Assembly: GCF_006345805.1 (NCBI RefSeq)
Contig: NW_021825325.1
Location: 1 to 15,263 of the forward strand
Direction: 5' to 3'
DNA length: 15,263 bases
Source: Octopus sinensis
Lineage: Eukaryota
Both the position numbers and the translations under genes were made by a program. The notes below the pieces were generated by a model. It did not search any database. It saw nothing but the letters and a program-made list of their open reading frames with translations, and was not told the DNA's origin. This document shows positions 1 to 8,571 of this stretch, one piece after another. Every line of letters starts with the position of its first letter. Within the stretch, counting starts at the first letter, position 1.

Positions 1-100
1 CACTACTACTACTACTACTACTACAAGGATGACGACGTCGGCGACAACGACGATCACCACCACTACCACCTCTCACCCTCACCACAACCACCACCACCAC
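1..100. repeat. (ACT)n grading into degenerate (ACC/ACG)n trinucleotide tract
   Basis: Direct reading: cactactact... then accaccaccacc. Confidence 0.9.
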
Positions 101-130
101 CTCGCTCGTTCTCTATTTTTTTACTCCCAT

Positions 131-257
131 CCTTTTCTGTCGAAAAGCGTAAGCTCTGAACGTCAAAGACTTTTCCTTTTTCCCCGAGCGTGAAACTAAT
201 ACACCTGCTTGTGACTCCCTCATCTGTCTTTGTCTTCTTTTCTGTACATTTGAACTA
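131..257 (+). mobile_element. Dispersed repeat (family P, copy 1) with a degenerate hammerhead-like fold; possibly a Penelope-like element tail
   Basis: Aligns to the reverse complement of 12880-13020 (shared AAACTAATACACCTG at 193-207 / 12943-12957, CCCGAGCG, AAAGACTTT). The PLE link is inferred from the hammerhead-like fold only. Confidence 0.65.
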
Positions 258-289
258 CACACACACACACACACACATACATACATATA

Positions 290-718
290 CACAGACATGC
301 AGGAAGTAAATAGACACCTTTAATTTTCCAAATCCTTTATTTGATATTAATTGGTTGAAGGAGAGGTTTCCTTCTAGCTGCTCGTCCATAATACCCAAGC
401 TTATACAGATATGTAACACACGTTCTTGGACTAACTTCTGGATGTTTTTCAAGAGGAATTTGAAAATTTTCGGCAATTTTTCGCTGGCTAAGACCAGTCT
501 CCGGTTGCCCAACAATACAATCTCTTTGAAAGTTTGACTGTTCTGCCGAATTTTTTTGTGTGTGGCATGGTTACTCTTCGCAAATGTTTAATATAATGGC
601 ACCTGGAATGAAATAGAATAATTACAATGTAAATTCTACACTGCTGAAAACATATTAAGACGCTTAGATCAGAAATTTTGAAAATTAAAGGTGTCTATTT
701 ACTTCCTGCATGTCTGTG
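290..718 (-). mobile_element. Internally deleted Tc1-like DNA transposon (non-autonomous, 429 bp)
   Basis: Perfect 39-bp terminal inverted repeats CACAGACATGCAGGAAGTAAATAGACACCTTTAATTTTC (290-328 / 680-718), TA on both flanks (288-289, 719-720), internal transposase remnant. Confidence 0.9.
337..568 (-). pseudogene. Tc1-family transposase N-terminal remnant; catalytic DDE domain absent
   Basis: ATG at 568, +1 frameshift in an A7 run, then NFQRDCIVGQPETGLSQRKIAENFQIPL/EKHPEVSPRTCVTYLYKLGYYGRAARRKPLLQPINIK*. This resembles the paired-like HTH and the LGY..R.ARRKP segment typical of Tc1 transposases. Confidence 0.8.
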
Positions 719-1002
719 TATGTAATCATCCTACCATCACCAACACGACTCCAATGTCAGAAGCCTTCGAACGGGGTTCGTTTTCCTCAATTCTCTTCAA
801 ACAGTGAAGCTTCCTTTCCGAGGGCCCAGGTCGGCCGGAACGAGAATCTGTTGATTCTTTGCCTTGGCTTTTCCATTGCACTATAATTCTATTAACAGTA
901 GCAAGAGGAATTTGAAGATTTTCGGCAATTTTTCGCTGGCTAAGACCAGCCTCAGGTTGCCCAACAATATGTAATCATCCCACCATCACCAACACGACTC
1001 CA
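719..1002 (+). repeat. 35-bp direct repeats (719-753 and 968-1002) bracketing the displaced Tc1 fragment
   Basis: TATGTAATCATCC(T/C)ACCATCACCAACACGACTCCA, 34/35 identical. Confidence 0.95.
753..969 (-). pseudogene. Second Tc1 transposase fragment, 72 uninterrupted codons, outside the TIRs
   Basis: IVGQPEAGLSQRKIAENLQIPLATVNRIIVQWKSQGKESTDSRSGRPGPSERKLHCLKRIEENEPRSKASDI; includes the GRP linker motif. 902-969 matches 450-517 at 65/68. Confidence 0.8.
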
Positions 1003-1104
1003 CCTCCAATAACACCACAAACATATTCAACGCCACTACCTCCCCAGTGCCATCATAACCACCTCCCCCGTCTCTACCACCACCTTACTAACACCAATAA
1101 TTGT

Positions 1105-1314
1105 ATGTACTCTAGGTGCAAGGAGTGGAAATTTAGGGGGAGGGTGTAAGTCAATTACATCGACCCCCCAACCCAGTGCTCGACTGGTACTTATTCTATC
1201 GCCCCTGAATGGATGAAAGGCAATGTCGACGTCGGAGGAATTCGAACTCAGAAAGTTAAGTCGGAAGTGATGCCACTTAGCGTTTTGTCCGACTCGGTAA
1301 TCATTCTGCCAACT
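1105..1314 (-). mobile_element. tRNA-like SINE, family B, diverged copy
   Basis: Reverse complement aligns with 5084-5245 (CTGGTACTTAT, GGATGAAAGGCAA, GAATTCGAACTCAGAA). Confidence 0.8.
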
Positions 1315-1324
1315 GAATCATCAA

Positions 1325-2045
1325 CTCACCACCACCACCACCAACACCACTACCACTTCCACCGCCGCCAATGACGTCGCTACCACCATCACCGTCACCA
1401 CCACCACCTCTAACTTCACCACTAAAACCATCAGCCCCTCCAGTACCATCACCATCACCACCACCGACACCGACACCTATGTGATATAACCATCCCTAAA
1501 GAATTTCGATATTTTTGGCGATAAAAAAGGAGTGATGGGAGGAGGGAGATATGGTAGACAGAGGAGGTGGCTCTTGTGGTGGTGTTGGTGGTGGTGATGG
1601 TGGTTGTACTGGTGGTGGTTGTGGTTGTGGTTGTGGCCGTGGTGGCTGTGGTTTGGGTGGTGGTGGTGGTGGTGGTGGTGGTGGTGGTGGTGTTGGTGGT
1701 GGTAATGGTGGTGGCGTTGGTGGTGCTGGTGGTTGTAGTTGTGGTAGTGGTGGTGGTGGTGGTGGTGGTGGTGGTGGTGATATTTATGGCATGATGGCAG
1801 TGAGGGCATTGGACCGAGTGCTGATGTGAAGATGATGGAGGGAGAGAGGGGTGAGTATTAGCGGAGACGGAGGCGGAGGTGTGACAGTGATGGCGGAGGT
1901 ATGACGGTAAGGGGGGGGGGAGAATGCTGTGAGAGGTGACGGGGTATGTATGAGGTTGGTCGTGATAGCTGATGTTGGACGTCTGATTTGATGGTGACGA
2001 GGGTGGGGCTGGTGGGAGCCGGTGGTGGTGGTGGTGGTGGTGCTG
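1325..2045. repeat. Low-complexity (ACC/CAC)n tract (1325-1475) followed by opposite-polarity (GGT)n-rich tract (1560-2045)
   Basis: Direct reading; source of the poly-T, poly-H, poly-G and poly-V ORFs. Confidence 0.85.
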
Positions 2046-2204
2046 CGTGGGGTGGGGAACGAGGTGGTTAGGTTTGAATGGGAATGTTACGAAGGTCGCA
2101 ATAGTCACGGCGCTTCTGACAAATTGTCTGTTTATGGCACGTATTTGTGGTGGAAAAGAAGTCTCGATTTGGACATACAAACACATACTCAGCTCTCTGT
2201 ACAT

Positions 2205-2221
2205 ACATATCTATATAGCTA

Positions 2222-2266
<45 letters not shown>

Positions 2267-2284
2267 CTATCTATCTATCTATAT

Positions 2285-2315
<31 letters not shown>

Positions 2316-2373
2316 GTCTGTCTGTCTGTTTATCTATCTATACATCTCTCTGTATATATATATATATATATTC

Positions 2374-2405
<32 letters not shown>

Positions 2406-2410
2406 TAATA
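2205..2410. repeat. (TATC)n, (TGTC)n and (TA)n compound microsatellite
   Basis: Direct reading. Confidence 0.95.
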
Positions 2411-2431
2411 GATATTAAAATAACTAAGTCT

Positions 2432-2471
2432 CTGCATTGAAAAGGGGCAATACCCCGAAACGCGTCTGTAG
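2432..2471 (+). ncRNA. Minimal type I hammerhead ribozyme motif, U3-A8 core variant
   Basis: CUGCA [UUGAAAA] GGGG-CAAUA-CCCC [GAAA] C-GC-G-UC / UGUAG. All three helices and the spacing fit; GUC cleavage triplet ends at 2466; ACGCGU palindrome in helix III. Confidence 0.7.
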
Positions 2472-2635
2472 CTGCTGGTCAAGTAGTGTGGAGCGACTGA
2501 CCTCCCTTGTTCGAGGGTTATATGGATACAGTTTGTGTATCAAATAGCTAACTTGGGGCGATGGCCTCATGGAGCTAATAAGCGGACAGCTTTTTTCTTA
2601 TTTTTATAAGAATGCCATATTAGTATGGCGATAAC

Positions 2636-2696
<61 letters not shown>

Positions 2697-2758
2697 ATAT
2701 ATATATGATATATATATATCTATTATATATATATTATGTATATATAAGTATACATATA

Positions 2759-3198
2759 GGAGTGGCTACGTGGTAAGTAGCTTGCTTACCAACCACATGG
2801 TTTCGGGTTCAGTCCAACTGCGTGACACCTTGGGCAAGTGTCTTCTACTATAGCCTAGGGGTGACCAAAGCCTTGTGAGTGGATTTGGTAGACGGAAACT
2901 GAAAGAAGCCCGTCGTATATATGTATGTATATATATATATATTTATATATGTATGTATGTATGTATGTGTGTGTATATGTTTATGTGTCTGTGTTTGTCC
3001 CCCCTCCCCCAACATCGCTTGACAACCGATGCTGGTGTGTTTATGTTCCCCGTAAATTAGCGGATCGGCAAAAGAAACCGATAGAATAAGTAGTAGACTT
3101 ACGAAGAATAAGTCCTGGGGTCGATTTGCTCGACTAAAAAGTTGGTGCTCCAGCATGGCCACAGTCAAATGACTGAAACAAGTAAAAGAGTAAAAGAG
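2759..3198 (+). mobile_element. tRNA-like SINE, family A, full length: head + internal (TA/TATG/TG) microsatellite + 3' tail
   Basis: A-box-like TGGCTACGTGG near 2763-2773, B-box-like GGTTCAGTCC 2806-2815; homologous to 7088-7589 (minus) and tail 14722-14897; ends in AGTAAAAG repeats. Confidence 0.85.
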
Positions 3199-3374
3199 CC
3201 AAAGAGAGAATTCCTACATATAACCATATGTTCTTTACGTTGCCTGTCTCGTTTCTCTATTTGTTTCTTTCGTTCTTCGAAAAAAAGTTCGTTTTCTATG
3301 TTTTTTTTTGTTTCTTTTTACGTTCTCGTTTCTCATTTTGTTGACGTTTTTTTTATATGTACCCATACATGCAG

Positions 3375-3395
3375 GTATATATACATATATATGTG

Positions 3396-3446
<51 letters not shown>

Positions 3447-3573
3447 ATATATATATATATATATATAAATATGTATGTATGTATGTATTTATAATACATA
3501 CATTACATACATATACATATATATTATATAATATATATATATATATAATATATATATATTATATATATATATA

Positions 3574-3604
<31 letters not shown>

Positions 3605-3658
3605 TTTATGTATGTATGTATGTATGTATGTAAGTATGTATGTATGTATGTATGTATG

Positions 3659-3695
<37 letters not shown>
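3375..3695. repeat. (TA)n and (TATG)n compound microsatellite
   Basis: Direct reading. Confidence 0.95.
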
Positions 3696-3698
<3 letters not shown>

Positions 3699-3895
3699 AT
3701 TAATATAGACAGCAGTCCACAATGTTTTACCGAAAGGGAAATCTATAATTGTCACTAAATGTAGCTAGGTTGTTAGAAACGCTTACATTGCTATAAATAA
3801 GAGCTAAAATGCTCTAATGCTGTAGTCAAACCACATAATTGTATACGTATACACTGACAGAAACTATAATCGCCCGAGAAACGCTCATCGAGAAT

Positions 3896-3948
3896 TCCCT
3901 ACACTGACCGGTCAGTTTCGGCAATTTCCTTTGCCTCATCAGTAAGGA
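3896..3948 (-). ncRNA. Type I hammerhead ribozyme motif with canonical core but G at the cleavage position
   Basis: Minus strand: UCCUUA [CUGAUGA] GGCAA-AGGAAA-UUGCC [GAA] ACUGACCGGUCAGU G UAGGGA. 6-bp helix I, 5-bp helix II, 14-nt palindromic helix III. Confidence 0.75.
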
Positions 3949-4069
3949 CTGGCTCGACTTCGGCAGATTCCGGACTTAATTCTCCGTTAGTATATGTGTC
4001 CTTATATTTTGAAAACTATACATTTCGAACAAGAGTTTAGCAGCGCCAACTCTAGCGGCACAGTTATTG

Positions 4070-4110
4070 TGTGCTGATGAAGAGAAATAACCCAGAAATC
4101 TCAATACACA
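4070..4110 (+). ncRNA. Degenerate hammerhead-like motif (helix II disrupted)
   Basis: UGUG [CUGAUGA] AGAG-AAAUAA-CCCA [GAAA] U-CUCA-A-UA / CACA. Core intact, helix II only 2 of 4 pairs. Confidence 0.45.
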
Positions 4111-4361
4111 GATATTGTTTTGTGCTGAGTGGGGATACTAAATTGTCTTGTTCTAAAAAATATAAGGACACAGATAGTGTGGCGTATAACCAGCTGGAGA
4201 CGACGTTTCCTAGGGTTAAACAGCAGTAGCATTCGTCCTAACCAGGACTGCCACATTATGTTGGCAAATAATCTTTACTCCAGAGTACAGTTACTGAATG
4301 TTTCTCGCTCAGACATTCAGAAATAATAAAATTACATACATACATACATAATATATATATC

Positions 4362-4394
<33 letters not shown>

Positions 4395-4674
4395 ATGCAT
4401 ATGTATTTATTGTACATATGTGCGTGCGCACACACACACTCACACAAATATATTGGGACAACAATTTTTGGGATATATACTGAAAACCTGACTGTGTCAT
4501 TGTTTTATTATTTTTTTCAGTTTTTTTCCATCGTATTTTCTTAGGAGTTCCTTGAGTATATTTGAAAGGGACTTCCTAAAATCATCATCCACTTTGCCAG
4601 ACTTTCATAGCCTCTTCTATAGACATATGTGCGTGTGTATACGTGTATGTACGTGCGAGCAAATGTAATTAGGT

Positions 4675-4740
4675 ACGTATGTATGTATGTATGTATGTAT
4701 GTATGTATGTATGTATGTATGTATGTATGTATGTATGTAC
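4675..4740. repeat. (TATG)n microsatellite
   Basis: Direct reading. Confidence 0.95.
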
Positions 4741-5083
4741 GTGATGTAAATATGCGTTAAGACGTGTATGTATTGTAAATATTTATGAAACGAAGATGGA
4801 TAATAAATACGCATATAGTACAGATGTATAGCTTTTAAGGGGTTTATTAAGACCCGATAAATGTTGTCTAAGAAAATAAAGAACGAATATACGTACCACC
4901 CACCAGCCCCCTCTCTCTCTCTACACACATACACACTCAGATAAATACATGGTCCATGATATACACCCATGCGCCAAAATACATATACACTTTCAAATGC
5001 TTACTTATGTGGATAGCGACCTATATTTTTGCTTATTCAGTTTATTATTATTGTAGTTACTATTTTAAGGAAGGTCTTAGTCT

Positions 5084-5415
5084 GCGAGCTGGCAGAAACG
5101 TTAGCACACCGGGCGAAATGCTTAGCGGTATTTCGTCTGCCGTTACGTTCTGGGTTCAAATTCCGCCGAGATCAACTTTGCCTTTCATCCTTTCGGCGGC
5201 GATAAATAAGTACCAGTTGCGCACTGGAGTCGATGTAATCGGCTTCATCTGTGTGTCTGTCCTTGTTTGTCCTCTCTGTGTTTAGTCCCTTGTGGGTAGT
5301 AAAGAAATAGGTATTTCGTCTGCCGTTACGTTCTGGGTTCAAATTCCGCCGAGGTCAACTTTGCCTTTCATCCTTTCGGTGTCGATAAATAAAGTACCAG
5401 TTACGCACTGGAGTC
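5084..5415 (+). mobile_element. tRNA-like SINE, family B, with an internal 183-bp-period tandem duplication
   Basis: B-box-like GGTTCAAATTCC 5153-5164; unit starting GGTATTTCGTCTGCCGTTACG at 5127 recurs at 5310. Confidence 0.85.
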
Positions 5416-5570
5416 AAATATAAAGAAATATATATACACACACATAGGTATATACACATATATATAATTTGCGTATAATATATATATAACATATAAACAT
5501 TTATTAATACGTGCCCCTTATTTATATTAACCTTTATATATATATATATGTATACATATATATATATATG

Positions 5571-5603
<33 letters not shown>

Positions 5604-6436
5604 CTACACACTCTCACACACAGTCACTTACATTTAAGCATGTTTGTTTACGTGTGTGTTGTGTTTGTGGATGTGTTTGTGGCTGTACGTGAGTATACTT
5701 TTGCGTGCATTTATTCATATATATATATATACATACGTCCGTATATGTGTTATTGTACCGAGTCTTGTTACATCCAATCCAGAGCATCTTCGGTGCCACC
5801 TCTTGCAAACGACATTTGCGTTTTTCATCCAGGCTTAGTTTTAAAATATGTGTTCTGTTTGCAGTGCAGTTCTAGATTACGCTTGAAAAAAAAAGTATCG
5901 AATTACGTATATACACAAGAACACGCTCTTTCATACACACACATACACACACATACACACACATACACACACATACGCACACATATAAGATTAGATGCCA
6001 TATTCACCAAATCTTATCGGATATTTGATATTTTTATCTTAAACGCAACTTCAATTTCTTTTTTATTTTTCCTTAATACCATATTTAATACATCATTTCG
6101 TTTTACTGTCTTTAATTACTATATCTTTTTTTTTTTTTTTACCGATATGCTCAACCAGATGTATTTCGCTATCTACAGCACTTGAGACACTTTAAGTAGC
6201 TTTAAAAAATTTCTTTTACTTTCATCCTTAAAAATATATCTGTATTTGTAGGCCATAGCATCTGTATGTGAGCATATGTGTGTATGTGCATGTATGTGTG
6301 CATGTGTGTGCGTGTGTGCATGTATGTGTGCGTGTGTGTGTGCGTGTGTGCATGTATGTGTGCATGTGTGTGCGTGTGTGTGTGTGTGTGCGTGTGTGTG
6401 TGGTTTTTCTTTGAATTTTATTTTAGTTCTTCTTAG

Positions 6437-6531
6437 GAGAGTTCAAGCCGATCGCTAACGAAGCGATCAGGCGATTTGAGCTGAGAGAGTTCCCGGTATT
6501 AATAGACATGTAGTTAAGTTGGTGTGTTGGT
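6437..6531. repeat. Diverged direct repeat, copy 1 (unclassified)
   Basis: Gap-free 71/95 match to 6912-7006, counted by hand. Confidence 0.85.
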
Positions 6532-6597
6532 GGGATTATCGATGCACACACCTATGTATGTGCATCTATTCATATAAGAAACTCAGATGAAGAACTG

Positions 6598-6876
6598 TTA
6601 TGTATATAGGCATGTATGTATGTATGCATGTATGTATGTATGCATGTATGTATGAAAGTATGTATGTATGAAAGTATGTATTATGTATGCATGCATGTAT
6701 GTATGAATGTATGTATGCATGCATGCATGTATGTATATTTGTATGTATGTATGTATGTATGTATGTATGTATGTATGTATGTATGTATGAATGTATGTAT
6801 GCATGCATGCATGTATGTATGTATGTATGTATGTATGTATGTATGTATGTATGTATGTATGTATGTATGTATGTAT
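6598..6876. repeat. (TATG)n/(CATG) microsatellite
   Basis: Direct reading. Confidence 0.95.
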
Positions 6877-6911
6877 ATTTTTTCTTAGAGTTTAATTAAA
6901 GTTTTTCTTGA

Positions 6912-7006
6912 GAGCGTTCAAGCCAGTTGCTAATAAAACGACCAGATATTTTGAGCCAAGAGAGTTCCCGGTCTTTGTAAATATGTGGTTGAATTTATGT
7001 GTTGGT
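6912..7006. repeat. Diverged direct repeat, copy 2 (unclassified)
   Basis: Gap-free 71/95 match to 6437-6531. Confidence 0.85.
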
Positions 7007-7075
7007 TGCCGAAGGTGCCACGCATTGGGACTGACCCCGGAACCATGTGTTTGGTAAGCAAGCTTCTTACCACAC
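7006..7075 (-). mobile_element. SINE family A head fragment
   Basis: Reverse complement GTGGTAAGAAGCTTGCTTACCAAACACATGGTTCCGGGGTCAGTCCC matches the head at about 2770-2835. Confidence 0.85.
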
Positions 7076-7087
7076 ATATATATATGT

Positions 7088-7331
7088 TGTGGCCATGCTG
7101 GAGGACCGCTTTGAAGAATTTTTAGTCGAATGAATCGAATCCAAGTGTATTTTTCTTTTTTTTTTTTAAAAAGCCTGGTACTTATAGAACCGATTACTTC
7201 TGCCGAACTGCTAGCTCTCGTGGACGTAAACACACCAACAGCTTTTATCAAGCAGTGGCTGGAGACAAACACAGACACACAGACACACACACATAGACAT
7301 TTGGATATATATATATATATATATACACACA

Positions 7332-7393
<62 letters not shown>

Positions 7394-7589
7394 TATATAT
7401 ATATTGTGTGTGTGTGTGTGTGTGTGTGCGTGTGACGGGCTTCTTTCAGTTTCCATCTACTAAATCCACTCAGAAAATGTAGATTGCCCCAAGGCTTTAG
7501 TGAAAGACACTTGCCCAAGACAACACGCTGTGGGACTGAACCTGGAACCACGTGGTTGATAAGCAAGCTTCTTAACGCACAGCCACGCC
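7088..7589 (-). mobile_element. SINE family A, near full length with internal (CA/TA/TG) microsatellite
   Basis: Head 7434-7589 and tail 7088-7280 align in reverse to 2759-3160. Confidence 0.85.
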
Positions 7590-7839
7590 GTATACTTATG
7601 CACGTGCGCTCGTGTGTGCCTGCGTGTACGCGTTTGTTCTTTCCTGGAAGGAGTAATCTGTTAGTCAGGCATTCTGTGTCCTTCTGTAAGACTAAAAAAT
7701 CTTACCTAAGTCACATACAAACAGAAACGGAGCTGAGCAAGTGTCCCCACTTAGGGAAAGTGACCCAAAATAAAACACGTTGTTATCTGGGGCTGTTTGT
7801 TCTTTGTCCAAACACACAAGAAATATTCGCCCCAGTGCG

Positions 7840-7841
<2 letters not shown>

Positions 7842-7880
<39 letters not shown>

Positions 7881-8338
7881 TGTGTTAGAGACAGAGGGAG
7901 AGTGTGTGTGTGTGTGTATATATATATGTGTATGTGTGTGTGTGCATGTGTATGTGCCTGTGTGTATGTGTGTGTTAAAGAGAAAGTGTGTGTGTGCGTG
8001 TTAGAGAGAGAGTGTGTGTTACAGACAGAGAGAGTGTGTGTGTATGTGTATGCATGTGTATGTGTATGTGTACATGTGTATGTGCGTGCGTGTGTGTTAG
8101 AGAGAGAATGTGCGTGTGATAGAGAGAGAGTATGTGTGTGTATGTGTGTATATGTGTGAGTTTGTGCGAGTTTGTGCGTGTCTATGAGCATGCGTGTGTG
8201 TATGTGTGTGTGTGCTTGTGTGTATGTGTGTGTTTGAGTGTGTGTGTTCGTGTGTGCATGTACGTATGTATGTGTGAATGTATGCGTGGATGTGTGTGTA
8301 TGTGTGTGCGTGCGTGTGTGCGTGCATGTGTGTATGTA
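7842..8338. repeat. Degenerate (TG)n/(AG)n compound microsatellite
   Basis: Direct reading. Confidence 0.9.
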
Positions 8339-8439
8339 GCGAGGCTCAGTTGAGTAATATCTTCGTGGTACGGTGAAGAAATCTCTTTGCCAGCGCTAAA
8401 CCCCTAACCTCCTCCCCACCCCCCACACCCCACACTCAC

Positions 8440-8533
8440 TTCCTTAGCTTTACCATTAAAAGACAGGAAGCTGGTGGTACAGGCACACACCACAAACAAT
8501 GACCCGAGCTATTATAATCTGGGTCAGGCTGGG
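8440..8533 (-). other. Candidate 94-nt internal exon of an unidentified gene
   Basis: Minus strand: TTTTTGTTTTTCCTTCGGCTTTGCAG acceptor, AA|GTGAGT donor, one fully open frame (QPDPDYNSSGHCLWCVPVPPASCLLMVKLR). No protein family recognised. Confidence 0.3.
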
Positions 8534-8571
8534 CTGCAAAGCCGAAGGAAAAACAAAAAGAACGATGACGA

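Noticed and set aside
719-1002. CRISPR-like repeat-spacer-repeat
   Set aside because: Only two repeats, a 214-bp transposase-derived spacer, eukaryotic context, and no cas genes.
1455-2204. 249-aa His/Pro/Thr-rich ORF including a QCPHCH motif
   Set aside because: The C/A-rich repeat strand is largely stop-free in all three frames, the ATG lies in a microsatellite, there is no convincing acceptor, and no domain is recognised.
2759-2835. tRNA gene (also 5084-5165)
   Set aside because: A/B-box-like motifs present but no cloverleaf could be built; these are SINE heads.
4041-4060. CAGCGCCAACTCTAGCGGCA resembling a CTCF motif
   Set aside because: Needs a 2-nt insertion relative to the consensus; single weak match.
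4497-4604. Helical-looking minus frame KSGKVDDDFRKSLSNILKELLRKYDGKKLKKIIKQ
   Set aside because: Only 35 codons, bounded by stops, no splice signals or recognisable motif; could be a TE scrap but cannot be supported.
6566-6899. MYVC/HTYI-repeat ORFs (also 3576-3758, 10697-11302, 10196-10506, 12607-13122, 14823-15218)
   Set aside because: Tetranucleotide and dinucleotide microsatellite artefacts.
7706-7749. Possible 44-nt minus exon (GDTCSAPFLFVCDL) with TAG|GTAAGA donor
   Set aside because: The acceptor would be a weak AAG, and the FVC motif arises easily from TGTTTGTATGTG repeat-like DNA.
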